A stretch of DNA of 63,828 nt, filler included, from Octopus bimaculoides (taxonomy: Eukaryota), in assembly GCF_001194135.2 (NCBI RefSeq). It is 5 parts of 4 records of this genome, joined end to end, with 100 filler letters (N's around TTAATTAATTAA, not from the genome) between each part and the next. Parts side by side here need not be neighbours in the genome. Positions count along the whole stretch, not along the records: positions 27,042 to 45,078 come from NC_068987.1; positions 45,179 to 56,184 come from NC_068982.1; 3 more parts are not named here. One strand, written 5' to 3'. Each line of letters opens with the position of its first letter. Within the stretch, counting starts at the first letter, position 1. The notes below the pieces were generated by a model. The model did no database searches, was not told where the DNA came from, and saw only the letters and a program-made list of their open reading frames with translations. A program made the translations under genes and the position numbers. Below, one piece after another: positions 39,316 to 52,804 of the stretch.

Positions 39316-41055
39316 ATATGCTCCACATATTTTGACAAAAAAAAATGAACGAAAGAAAGATTGCAAGTTATGATAAAAGAGAGTAGGCGCATCAGGACTC
39401 AGTTTTTGTTCACCCATAGCACAATATCCTACGCATAGTTTAACTTCGCCAAATATTTGTCTGGAATCTGTTTACATATATATATATATATTACCTAGCT
39501 TAGGTATTTTATATATATATATATATATACATATATATTATCTAGCTTAGGTATTTTAATTCGAAACAACATCTCGAGTATCCAACACCTTCCATAAAGC
39601 TCCCTTTATATTTAGGGCCTTTACTTAATAGCTTAATCCCACACCACAAGTTCAGCACCAAGTACATAGGCCCTGAAGGCGATACGGAAGCAGCAACACG
39701 AAACAATATCACTAAAGCTGAGACGCAGGGAAGGGCTGAATGATGGTTTAAGAACCTAGGCGTACAAGATTTATAGGAAAATAAGAATTCTGGATAAGAA
39801 CCAACGCACTAGAAGATAGTCTTTTTCCGTTTTTCTTTCTTGCTTTACTTATTTATTACTTTTTTTTATGTTCTTGAAAATATAACTTGCAAAGTTGTCC
39901 ATATATACGTGCGTATGTAGATGTGTGTATGAGAAAGACGGAGAGAGAGAGTGCATGAGTGAGACAGAGAGAGAGGGGTGGAGTGAGAAAATTAAAGTGT
40001 GTAAGTGTTTGTGTGCAGGTATGTGTGCGTGCATGTAGTTGCGTACTCAGTTTGAGATGCAAATCAATAGGTTTGGTTCAGATTGTATATTTTGTTGGTG
40101 TGTGTCTTTATTAGCAACATACCTTAAATAAATTAGGAAATGTTATGACAAAAGTAGTATATATGCATACGAAAATCATATATATANNNNNNNNNNNNNN
40201 NNNNNNNNNNNNNNNNNNNNNNNNNNNNNNNNNNNNNNNNNNNNNNNNNNNNNNNNNNNNNNNNNNNNNNNNNNNNNNNNNNNNNNNNNNNNNNNNNNNN
40301 NNNNNNNNNNNNNNNNNNNNNNNNNNNNNNNNNNNNNNNNNNNNNNNNNNNNNNNNNNNNNNNNNNNNNNNNNNNNNNNNNNNNNNNNNNNNNNNNNNNN
40401 NNNNNNNNNNNNNNNNNNNNNNNNNNNNNNNNNNNNNNNNNNNNNNNNNNNNNNNNNNNNNNNNNNNNNNNNNNNNNNNNNNNNNNNNNNNNNNNNNNNN
40501 NNNNNNNNNNNNNNNNNNNNNNNNNNNNNNNNNNNNNNNNNNNNNNNNNNNNNNNNNNNNNNNNNNNNNNNNNNNNNNNNNNNNNNNNNNNNNNNNNNNN
40601 NNNNNNNNNNNNNNNNNNNNNNNNNNNNNNNNNNNNNNNNNNNNNNNNNNNNNNNNNNNNNNNNNNNNNNNNNNNNNNNNNNNNNNNNNNNNNNNNNNNN
40701 NNNNNNNNNNNNNNNNNNNNNNNNNNNNNNNNNNNNNNNNNNNNNNNNNNNNNNNNNNNNNNNNNNNNNNNNNNNNNNNNNNNNNNNNNNNNNNNNNNNN
40801 NNNNNNNNNNNNNNNNNNNNNNNNNNNNNNNNNNNNNNNNNNNNNNNNNNNNNNNNNNNNNNNNNNNNNNNNNNNNNNNNNNNNNNNNNNNNNNNNNNNN
40901 NNNNNNNNNNNNNNNNNNNNNNNNNNNNNNNNNNNNNNNNNNNNNNNNNNNNNNNNNNNNNNNNNNNNNNNNNNNNNNNNNNNNNNNNNNNNNNNNNNNN
41001 NNNNNNNNNNNNNNNNNNNNNNNNNNNNNNNNNNNNNNNNNNNNNNNNNNNNNNN

Positions 41056-41098
<43 letters not shown>

Positions 41099-41519
41099 TA
41101 CAGACAGACATACATGCATAAGTACAGATGGAGGGACAAACAGACAAGCAGACAGATAGATAGATAGACATGGGGAGATACTGCAGTTCTTTGTAAATTC
41201 AGTTGCTTAGTGATGGCAGGTTTTCCGAAAGGTGAACTACTGAGTTCTACAGTAGTCTAAGCCCACAAAACTGTGTGGTAAGAAGCTTGCTTCCCAACCA
41301 ATATATATATGATGTCAACCAATATATATATATAACGTTAAAGACTTTCTGTATTCCCGAGCGTCAAACTAATACACCCTTTTATTGTTTACACGTCAGA
41401 TGTTGTCTAAACTTCGTCTGATGGACTGACTCTAAACCACATACTCCAGTTGGTCTTTTAGCAGTAATGATCAGCCACTATTCATCCTCACTTACATACA
41501 GTTTGGTTCCTAAGTTTCA

Positions 41520-41690
41520 GTGGCAGCAAAGCCTCTTTCTCCTATTTTCTCCGATGTGCGAGCAATTGTCTTGCACACTTGTTTTGCTGCCGCCAGAATT
41601 GAAAGCGTTTTCCACACAAATTGCGTTGATAAACGCCATCAACCAACTTCAACTGAAAACAGCAAAGCTTGCTCAATTTGTAATGGCGTT
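41520..41690 (-). mobile_element. Highly decayed HERO-like (RLE-type) non-LTR C-terminal fragment
   Basis: LLFSVEVG*WRLSTQFVWKTLSILAAAKQVCKTIARTSEK resembles the HERO-type RLE end (LFPVEVGCRGF...VW..L..LG.......AE.AS.W). Confidence 0.4.
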
Positions 41691-42402
41691 ATTAGGCTAG
41701 GTCTAAGGCGGTGAGCTGGCAGAACCGTTAGCACGCCAAGAAAAATGCTTAGCACCATGTCATACGTCTTTACGTTCTGACTTCAAATTCTACCGAGGTC
41801 GACTTTATCTTTCTTCCTCCTGGGTTCGATAAAATAAGCTTCAGTTAATTACTTGGATCCATATAATCGACTTACCACTCACACGCAATTGCTGGTCTTG
41901 TGCCAAGCTTAGAAACATTTATTAGTGTAGGTCTTGTATAAACTTGATTTTATCTCTGAGGCTTTGTCGCATACGTTTTCCTATAGGACAGAGTATTCCA
42001 TGATAATGATCTTCCTTTCTTACTTAGAAAATACGACCATCTCAAAACTGGAGTATGCTTTAAAAACTTATGGAAAAATTTCTCTCCTAGACCATTCCCA
42101 TCACCTATGACTGCAGACTCCTCTGGTTATTTTGTAAGAGATTAATAACCATAAATGTTGATAAAGTTGGTGAATGGAGATTTTTTTTTTCTGAAATGGA
42201 TCTTACACTTCTGTCTATTTCACTCCAAGATGTCAGCCAATGGTCAGAGAATCTTGTCGTAAATCCATCTGTGTCTTTCTTGCGAATCTGTTATCTTGGT
42301 GTCCGTGAACATATGCACCAAAGTGCCTGCACAGACAAATACACACAACAAACACATATATATATATATAATTTGTATATGTATGCACCACATATATATT
42401 TG

Positions 42403-42436
<34 letters not shown>

Positions 42437-43314
42437 NNNNNNNNNNNNNNNNNNNNNNNNNNNNNNNNNNNNNNNNNNNNNNNNNNNNNNNNNNNNNNNN
42501 NNNNNNNNNNNNNNNNNNNNNNNNNNNNNNNNNNNNNNNNNNNNNNNNNNNNNNNNNNNNNNNNNNNNNNNNNNNNNNNNNNNNNNNNNNNNNNNNNNNN
42601 NNNNNNNNNNNNNNNNNNNNNNNNNNNNNNNNNNNNNNNNNNNNNNNNNNNNNNNNNNNNNNNNNNNNNNNNNNNNNNNNNNNNNNNNNNNNNNNNNNNN
42701 NNNNNNNNNNNNNNNNNNNNNNNNNNNNNNNNNNNNNNNNNNNNNNNNNNNNNNNNNNNNNNNNNNNNNNNNNNNNNNNNNNNNNNNNNNNNNNNNNNNN
42801 NNNNNNNNNNNNNNNNNNNNNNNNNATGTCCATTGTCGCATAGAACGAAGTAGTTCAAAATCTTAAAATAAAGTAATATATATATATAAATATAAATAAA
42901 AGCTATAAAAAATTTTTTGGGAAAAAAAAAGTAACATCATAATAAATAACAGTTCAAAAATAAATAAATAAAAATATATTGATTCCCCTCACAATTTTAA
43001 TTATTCAAGGAAAATATGAGCTTTGGAGAAAACAATTGCAACAACTATAACGCCAAGAACAGTAACAACAAGAAACACAACGAAATTATAAAATAAAATA
43101 AAGAAACCAACTAAAAGAATACAATGACAATAACAACAACAATAACAAATATAACGAACAACAACATTGAAAAATAACAAATTACACACAAACCCCTGTA
43201 AAAATCAAAACAAAACGAAATACACAATTATAAAAGAAAGATAATGATAATAATAACAACAACCACAATACTACTACTACTAATAATAATAATAATAAAA
43301 AAATAATAATAATG

Positions 43315-43357
<43 letters not shown>

Positions 43358-43558
43358 TATGATTTATAAAATAAGAATAACATAACGAATGTTGAAATAT
43401 TAAGAAGATAAAATAAATGACGAAGAGACATCAGACACGCAAAACAGAAAAATAATCATGTGTTTGTGTGCGTGTGCGTATGCACGTGCATGTATATGTA
43501 CATACGTGTGTGTATGTGTATATGTGTTTATGTATGCGTATCTGTATAGAAGCTTATA

Positions 43559-43605
<47 letters not shown>

Positions 43606-44407
43606 GTGTGTCAATATGTATGCATAAGTATATGTATGCATGTGTATATGTATATATACATATATATATANNNNNNNNNNNNNNNNNNNNNNNNNNNNNN
43701 NNNNNNNNNNNNNNNNNNNNNNNNNNNNNNNNNNNNNNNNNNNNNNNNNNNNNNNNNNNNNNNNNNNNNNNNNNNNNNNNNNNNNNNNNNNNNNNNNNNN
43801 NNNNNNNNNNNNNNNNNNNNNNNNNNNNNNNNNNNNNNNNNNNNNNNNNNNNNNNNNNNNNNNNNNNNNNNNNNNNNNNNNNNNNNNNNNNNNNNNNNNN
43901 NNNNNNNNNNNNNNNNNNNNNNNNNNNNNNNNNNNNNNNNNNNNNNNNNNNNNNNNNNNNNNNNNNNNNNNNNNNNNNNNNNNNNNNNNNNNNNNNNNNN
44001 NNNNNNNNNNNNNNNNNNNNNNNNNNNNNNNNNNNNNNNNNNNNNNNNNNNNNNNNNNNNNNNNNNNNNNNNNNNNNNNNNNNNNNNNNNNNNNNNNNNN
44101 NNNNNNNNNNNNNNNNNNNNNNNNNNNNNNNNNNNNNNNNNNNNNNNNNNNNNNNNNNNNNNNNNNNNNNNNNNNNNNNNNNNNNNNNNNNNNNNNNNNN
44201 NNNNNNNNNNNNNNNNNNNNNNNNNNNNNNNNNNNNNNNNNNNNNNNNNNNNNNNNNNNNNNNNNNNNNNNNNNNNNNNNNNNNNNNNATATGTATATGT
44301 GCGTGTGTGGATATAAATATATAAGTGTATATAACAAATAATCGATCAACAAACAAAAGGAAAAAACTAATAATAATTGTGATTTCTTTTATTTTTAATT
44401 TTTTTTA

Positions 44408-44474
<67 letters not shown>

Positions 44475-46376
44475 TTAATAATAATAATAAACATAACAAA
44501 TAACAATAAGAAGAAGAACATCAATAACAAAAAACAATAAGAACAGCAATAATAGAAAACAGCCACCAGGACAAAATAATTGTGTAGCGCGCCATCTATC
44601 TTGATTTATTACCTGTTAGTTATTCACGCCTACAACCGCTACCACTACAGCCAGAACAGTCACAACCACCACCATTACCATACTACTACTGTTGCTAACT
44701 ACTACCTCAGCCAACAGAACCACTTCCAGTAATATTAGCATTGTCACCTCTATAAGTACTACTACCGTGATCACCATTAATACCGCCAACATTACCGTCT
44801 CTGCACTATACTGTACACCTACCATCACCAACGAGTACCACCACCACCACCACCATCACCTCCACCGTCGTCGTAAGCAACACAATTACTATCAGAACAG
44901 AACCACCATCACCACCTTAGCTACCATATTGTCATTTTAAATATCATCAGCTATGCCAGCGTCAACACCTCCAACACCAACTTATCTTCTTGAAGATCTA
45001 TCTTCACGAATTCTTCTACCACCACCACCACCACCACCACCACCACCACCACCTCCACCACCATAGCATCTATCAGTGNNNNNNNNNNNNNNNNNNNNNN
45101 NNNNNNNNNNNNNNNNNNNNNNTTAATTAATTAANNNNNNNNNNNNNNNNNNNNNNNNNNNNNNNNNNNNNNNNNNNNATATATATGTATGTGTGTTCGT
45201 GTGTCTGTGTTTATCCCCCTAGCATTGCTTCACAACCAATGCTGGTGTGTTTATGTCCCCATCACTTAGCAATTCGGTATAAGGGACCGATAGAATAAGT
45301 ACTAGGCTTACAAAGAATAAGTCCTGGGGTCGACTAAAGGCGGTACTCCAGTATGGCCACAGTCAAATGACTGAAACAAGTAAAAGAGTATATGGAGTAA
45401 TCCACATCATTTCACATTTGGTTTCTTCTCCTTTTCTATTAACTCTAGTGAAAGTACATGACTCAGTGGTTAGGGATACTACTCGTGATCGTAAGATCAT
45501 GAGTTCAATTCCCGGTGGCATATTGTGCCCTTGAGCAAGACATTTTATTTCAAGTTGCTCCAGTCCAGGGAGTTGTATCACAGCCCTGTCCCATTCTGTG
45601 CCATGCTGAGAACTATATTAAGGGTAAGTGCATCTGTGGAGTGTTCAACCACCTGTATATAAATTCCATGAGCAGGTCATTCGGTTGATTGAATCAATTG
45701 GAACTTGCATTGTCACAACTGATGGAATGCCAGGTATATTCTACAAGCTTTTATACTTCAAATATTTTACAGCACTTACCTGGCATTATTTATTTCTCAA
45801 AAGAACTTAGCATTCATTAACTCTTATTTTATTTCTCAGACACTATCAAACCTCAGTGGATTTCATTAGATCTTTACTGGAATCAAAGCGAAAAATTTCT
45901 ATTTTATGTTCTTCCTAGCATATCTATGATGTCAATAATTAAGGCAAAGTGGCAAGCCGGCAGAGACGTTAGCAAACATTAGCATCTGTCTTTACATTCT
46001 GAGTTCAAATTCCGCCGAGGTCGACTTTGCCTTTCATTTTTTCAGGTTCGATAAATTAAATTCCAGATCTAATCAACTAGCCCCCTCCCCAGAAATTTCA
46101 GGCCTTGTGCCTAGAGTAGAAAAGAAAAACTCAGACAGTTTTATCAATGATAGAAAATGACACATTCATTCAAAATAATGGGAGAAATCGTCAATAAATT
46201 TCTTCTCGAATGAGTTTGCACTTTTTGTTAAGCAGAAAAATATTATTGCAACTCTTAAAAGTGACCGAGCTTTTTATAATCAATAAAACTTGACATAACA
46301 AATCTTTTAAAGCAAATGTATATGTACACACACACACACACACACATGCATGTGCATGCATACATATATATATATT

Positions 46377-46417
<41 letters not shown>

Positions 46418-46800
46418 TCATAAAAGAAACAATGACAGCCATTGCTAATACAGTGTATGCATCTATAACCATATTTTACTTGTTCTCTTGTTTTAAAAAT
46501 GTATTGATATTAACAGTTATTTGTCATTCGCTCATGCATGTACTGATGCATTCAAATTTATCTTCACACATATTGAACCTGCTCATATATTAGCCAAACA
46601 TTCACACATTTATAGAAATGCAAGTTCATATGTGCATACATCAATACAGAAAAGCATACAAAAAAAGGGACTTACACAAGAATAATCTCTCTCTCTCTCT
46701 CTTTCTTCCTCTCTTTCTCCCCCTCTCTCTCTTTCTTCCTCTCTTTCTCCCCCTCTCTCCTTCCCTGTGTGTGACTATATATATATGTGTGTGCGTGTGT

Positions 46801-46842
<42 letters not shown>

Positions 46843-47834
46843 GATTGAATTTGGTAGGCAGAAGTCACTGCCGTGTGTGTATATGTCTGTGTATGTGCTT
46901 GTGCCTCTTTCCGAAAGAGAGANNNNNNNNNNNNNNNNNNNNNNNNNNNNNNNNNNNNNNNNNNNNNNNNNNNNNNNNNNNNNNNNNNNNNNNNNNNNNN
47001 NNNNNNNNNNNNNNNNNNNNNNNNNNNNNNNNNNNNNNNNNNNNNNNNNNNNNNNNNNNNNNNNNNNNNNNNNNNNNNNNNNNNNNNNNNNNNNNNNNNN
47101 NNNNNNNNNNNNNNNNNNNNNNNNNNNNNNNNNNNNNNNNNNNNNNNNNNNNNNNNNNNNNNNNNNNNNNNNNNNNNNNNNNNNNNNNNNNNNNNNNNNN
47201 NNNNNNNNNNNNNNNNNNNNNNNNNNNNNNNNNNNNNNNNNNNNNNNNNNNNNNNNNNNNNNNNNNNNNNNNNNNNNNNNNNNNNNNNNNNNNNNNNNNN
47301 NNNNNNNNNNNNNNNNNNNNNNNNNNNNNNNNNNNNNNNNNNNNNNNNNNNNNNNNNNNNNNNNNNNNNNNNNNNNNNNNNNNNNNNNNNNNNNNNNNNN
47401 NNNNNNNNNNNNNNNNNNNNNNNNNNNNNNNNNNNNNNNNNNNNNNNNNNNNNNNNNNNNNNNNNNNNNNNNNNNNNNNNNNNNNNNNNNNNNNNNNNNN
47501 NNNNNNNNNNNNNNNNNNNNNNNNNNNNNNNNNNNNNNNNNNNNNNNNNNNNNNNNNNNNNNNNNNNNNNNNNNNNNNNNNNNNNNNNNNNNNNNNNNNN
47601 NNNNNNNNNNNNNNNNNNNNNNNNNNNNNNNNNNNNNNNNNNNNNNNNNNNNNNNNNNNNNNNNNNNNNNNNNNNNNNNNNNNNNNNNNNNNNNNNNNNN
47701 NNNNNNNNNNNNNNNNNNNNNNNNNNNNNNNNNNNNNNNNNNNNNNNNNNNNNNNNNNNNNNNNNNTAATAAAGGATAAAATCGTTAATGATTTTATTAG
47801 AAGCACAGCATGAAAATTTTACAAATTTTATAAT

Positions 47835-48870
47835 ATATATCATCATCATCATCATCGTTGTTTAACGTCCGCTTTCCATGCTAGCATGGGTTGGACGATT
47901 TGAATGAGGACTGGTGAAACCAGATGGCTACACCAGGCCCCAATCTCATTTGGCAGAGTTTCTACAGCTGGATGCCCTTCCTAACGCCAACCACTCTGAG
48001 AGTGTAGTGGGTGTTTTATGTGCCACCGGCACAAAGGCCAGTCAGGCGGTACTGGCAACGGCCAATATAGGTAAGCAGAGTTAGCGGTTGAAATAGCTGT
48101 CTAAGGGATAAGAATATCCGTTCTTACTACCAGTATCAATTACCTATGTTAACTCTGAGCATGGGTATGCAAGTACACTATGCTCCTAGGGTACAGGTAA
48201 TAAAGAAAGAACGTGGAATGAACACTGCTCTCAAAGCTACTCATCTGAAGATGTGTAGGTACACAGCTATTGTTGGATCATGTTAATGCAATAATGTGTA
48301 CTACATGTTAAACACTCAGCAATCATCAACTGATACTAATGTACAAAAACAATTGTAGTAATTTGGATTATTTAAAGCCTGTTCATTCCATCCATATGTA
48401 TTAAAATTCTTTTGTATAAATTCTGTGTTGCATGTCCGGCCCATTTAAAAGTACCTTTGATGCCTCAGGTGATATGATATGCTTGAGAAAACCTGTTGAG
48501 TCAAGTAAAACCAAAATCGTATCTGTGGCCAGTGACCCCTGATGAGGTCCCATGCTGGTGGCATGTAAAATGCACCATCTAAATGTGGTCAATGCCAATG
48601 TCTCTTGACTGGCTCCCGTGCTGGTGGCATGTAAAAAGCACTATCCGAACATGATCGATGCCAGGGCCAGCTGACTGGCTCATGTGCTGGTAGCACATAA
48701 AAAAGCACCCACTACACTCTCAGAGTGGTTGGCATTATGGAGGGCATCTAGCTGTAGAAACTGCCGGATCAGACTGGAGCCTGGTGCAGCTGCTGGCTTT
48801 CCAGACCTCACTCAAACTGTCCAACCCATGCCAGCATGGTAAACGGACGTTAAACGATGATGATGATGAT
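47835..48870. repeat. Inverted pair of RTE 3' tails (47835-48065 minus, 48520-48870 plus)
   Basis: (CAT)n-GTTTAACGTCCG start and CGGACGTTAAAC-(GAT)n end; arms of about 200 bp are complementary. Confidence 0.8.
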
Positions 48871-49053
48871 ATCCATTAAAAGGAGAATTCCTGCTGTAGG
48901 ATAGCTTACAGTAGCCAATATCTGGAAGTAGAGACGCTTTGGAAATCACACTAGAAGGGCAGATACATGTCTTTTTGAGTGAAGTCAAATTATAGAGTGC
49001 TGATTGCTCAGTAAAGTGAGAGTGAAGATGATTTATATAACTCAGAGATATAT

Positions 49054-49265
49054 ACGAGGTGGTGCTGAAAAATTCCTGGCTTTAAAGGTATCGTGAAAGG
49101 CCTGGCTGGAGGTTCAACCTTCCAAGTTCTTTTACAGGGCTAAAAAAAACTGAAGGACTGCTGCAATAAATGTGTGAATCTGAGAGGGGTATATGTTGAA
49201 TAAAACCATAATTAACTGATTCTACTGTATTTTCTTTTACCTAAAGCCAAGAACTTTTCAGTGAC
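49054..49265. mobile_element. mariner-type MITE
   Basis: TA-CGAGGTGGTGCTGAAAAATTCCTGGCTT / AAGCCAAGAACTTTTCAGT terminal inverted repeats. Confidence 0.7.
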
Positions 49266-52232
49266 ACATAAAAAAACACCTATGCTGGTATCACATTTAA
49301 AGCAACCATGCTGGTGCCACATGTGGAGTACTTGTGCTGGTCCCACATATAAAGCACCTGTGCTAATACCACATAAAAAGCACTCAGTCCACTCTGTAGG
49401 GTGATTGGCATTAAGAAGGGCATCCAGTTGTAGAAGCCATACCAGAGCAGACGACGGGAACCTGGTGCATCTCTCTGGCTTACCAAAGCATCCAACCCAT
49501 GCCAGCATGGAAAATGGACGTTAAAACGGAGATGATGATGTCATACTGTTCTGAATGTTACTTCGCAAGGAGTTACCTCCCTTGTCCACAATAGCCACTG
49601 TACACCAATAATGGAGGAATTTCTTAACCCCAGAAGCCCCATTACTTCAAATTACTCCAATAAGTGAAAACTCTTACCCTGAAGTTAATTTAAGCCAGTC
49701 AATTAGTTGTTGAATGTTCTTTCATAAAGATAAAACTGATATCTACTTGACTTCATTTTATCTGATGAATTTTAAATGATTCTGTGTCAGATATAGTTCA
49801 GTTGCTTAACTGATAGTTTGTGAGTTAGGTTATCTAAGTATCAGTGGTTCAGTTAAGTCATTTGTATTTATCATCATTATCATCATCATCATCACCCAGT
49901 GTTTTAAATCCGGGTTTTGTCCCCGTTAATGGGGATGGCAAGATCTACCTCAATGCCATAGCAACCGCCCGCCCTCACACCATCGCGCCATCTTGCCCGG
50001 TTTTGGCCGTGCCCCCACTTCTCAAGCCAACCCTCCCGATTGGAGCGTGGTGCAGCCATCTGGCTCGCCAGTCTTCAATCAAACTGTCCAACCCATGCCA
50101 GCATGGAAAGCGTGTGTGTGTATATGTTTGTGTGTCTGTGTTTGTCCTCCCAGCATCTCTTGACAACTGATGCTGGTATGTTTGCGTCCCTGTAACTTAG
50201 CAGTTCGGCAAAAGAGACCGATANNNNNNNNNNNNNNNNNNNNNNNNNNNNNNNNNNNNNNNNNNNNNNNNNNNNNNNNNNNNNNNNNNNNNNNNNNNNN
50301 NNNNNNNNNNNNNNNNNNNNNNNNNNNNNNNNNNNNNNNNNNNNNNNNNNNNNNNNNNNNNNNNNNNNNNNNNNNNNNNNNNNNNNNNNNNNNNNNNNNN
50401 NNNNNNNNNNNNNNNNNNNNNNNNNNNNNNNNNNNNNNNNNNNNNNNNNNNNNNNNNNNNNNNNNNNNNNNNNNNNNNNNNNNNNNNNNNNNNNNNNNNN
50501 NNNNNNNNNNNNNNNNNNNNNNNNNNNNNNNNNNNNNNNNNNNNNNNNNNNNNNNNNNNNNNNNNNNNNNNNNNNNNNNNNNNNNNNNNNNNNNNNNNNN
50601 NNNNNNNNNNNNNNNNNNNNNNNNNGTATATATGTATCATCATCATCATCATCATCGTTTAACGTCCGCTTTCCATGCTAGCATGGGTTGGACGACTTGA
50701 CTGAGGACTGGTGAAACCGGATGGCAACACCAGGCTCTATATATGTGTGTGTGTGTGTGTGTGTATGTATATGTTTGTGTGTCTGTGTTTGTCCTCCCAG
50801 CATCTCTTGACAACTGATGCTGGTATGTTTGCGTCCCTGTAACTTAGCAGTTCGGCAAAAGAGACCGATAGAATAAGTACTAGACTTACAAAGAATAAGT
50901 CCTGGGGTCGATTTGCTCGACTAAAGGCGGTGCTCCGGCATGGCCACAGTCAAATAACTGAAACAAGTAAAAGAGTATGTGTATAGGTGTGTGGGGGGGT
51001 GTATGTGTGCACATGCATGTATGTGTATGTGGGTGCATGCATGTGTGTGTGTTTGTGCATGTACGTGTTAAATTTTAACTGTCATAAGAGAGTGTACTCA
51101 ATACCGTAGAAGAGATTAAAAATGCATTTTATTCTGATTGAGTCAGTTTCTTGCTGCTCTGAGTCTTGAGTATCGCCTGTAGGCACACAGGATCTTCAGG
51201 CAAATCATGAATGAAGTTGATGGGATTTGCACATCTCTATATATAGTTTCTCTTTGTCAGAGAGTGTGGAGATGGAGAGAAAGTAGGAGAAAGGAGGGGA
51301 GAAAGAGTGACAGAAATAAAATGAAAGAAAAAGAAAAGGAAAAATAAAAATGGGCAGGGACAGAGGAAAAGAAAATAAGAGAAAGAGAAAAGGAAGAAAG
51401 AAGGAATAAGAAGAGAGTAAAGGAAAGGTGAGGAAAGGAATAGGATAGAATGAAGAAGGATAGGAACTGGAATGGTCAAAGAATACAATGGAAAAGTTCA
51501 ATAGGAAAATAGCAGATGATGAAGTTTGGAATCGGTATTACTTAAGGGTAAGGATATGTTAGATAAAATAAGTAACAACAGGGAAGCTGATTGAAAGAAA
51601 TGGACAAAATATAATAAGAGGGCAGCAATATGGTAAACGAAATATAGAATAATGCAAAAATTGTTTCAGGAATAAATGAAGGTTATTATTCTACATTTTG
51701 TTTCTGAGGTTGACTTTGCCTTTCATCCTTTCAGGGGTTGACAAAATAAGTACCAGTTGAACACTAAGGTTGATGTAACTGACTATACCCCTCCCCAAAG
51801 GTCAATCAGGCGGTACTTGCAACGGCCAGGCTCAAAAAGGTGCCACCTGCACAAGAGCCAGTCCAGCGGCACTGGCAATGATCTTGCTTGAAAGTCTTTA
51901 CACGTGCCACCGGCACAAGTGCCAGAGAGGCGATGCTGGGCACAGGTGCCATCATGATTTCGCTTTCGCTTGCCCCAACAGGTCTTCACACATACATACA
52001 TACATACATACATACATACATGCATGCATGCATACATACATACATACATACATACAAACATACATACATACATACACACCATCCATATAATCAAATTAAA
52101 TATAACAAACAATCAAACATTAAAAATAGCAATAAGAAAACAACAAGAGGACATAAACATGGAATGTATTAATTTAATGCTCAGGAAAGGTGGAAAGAAG
52201 AGTAGGTTTTTTTAACGTATCAAGCATAGCTC

Positions 52233-52804
52233 TTATTTTACTAAACTCTTTGTTATATTTAAAGTAATTGAAAGAAACACAGAACATCTCAACAGAAATA
52301 TGGTAACAAAAGGGTTAACAAATGATTAATTTCACCCTTTTGATACCAACCTGCCTTATACCGCCTCTGGCTCTGTAGTACAAATGTCTTGTCTTCATAA
52401 GTTCTGAATTAAAATCTCCCACCAAATTTTAGTCACAATTTATGTTCCTAACACTAGCTGAATGATAACTAAGTTATTTTGCTAAATTCCTTGCCATATT
52501 TAAAATTAATTGAAAAAAAAAAACACAGAGCATCTCAACAGAAATATGGTAATAAAAGGGTTAACAAATGATTAATTTAACCCTTTTGTTACCAACCTGT
52601 CTGAAACCACCTCTGGTTCTGTAGTACAAATGTCTTGTCTTCATAAGTTCTGAATTAAAATCTTCCACTAAATTTTAGTCACAATTTATGTTCTTAACAC
52701 TAGTTCAATGAACTAAGTTATTTTACTAAATTCTTTGTTATATTTGAAATTAATTGAAAGAAACACAGAGCATCTCAAAATAAATATGGTAACAAAAAAG
52801 TTTG
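52233..52804. repeat. Tandem array (246-bp period, about 2.3 units) of a piggyBac-type MITE plus spacer
   Basis: Units CCCTTTTG...AAAAGGG bounded by TTAA and separated by an identical CAAATGATTAAT spacer; unit starts at 52335 and 52581. Confidence 0.85.

Noticed and set aside
48520-48720. Spaced repeats resembling a CRISPR array
   Set aside because: The units are degenerate tandem repeats within a LINE 3' tail, in eukaryotic context, with no unique equal-length spacers and no cas genes
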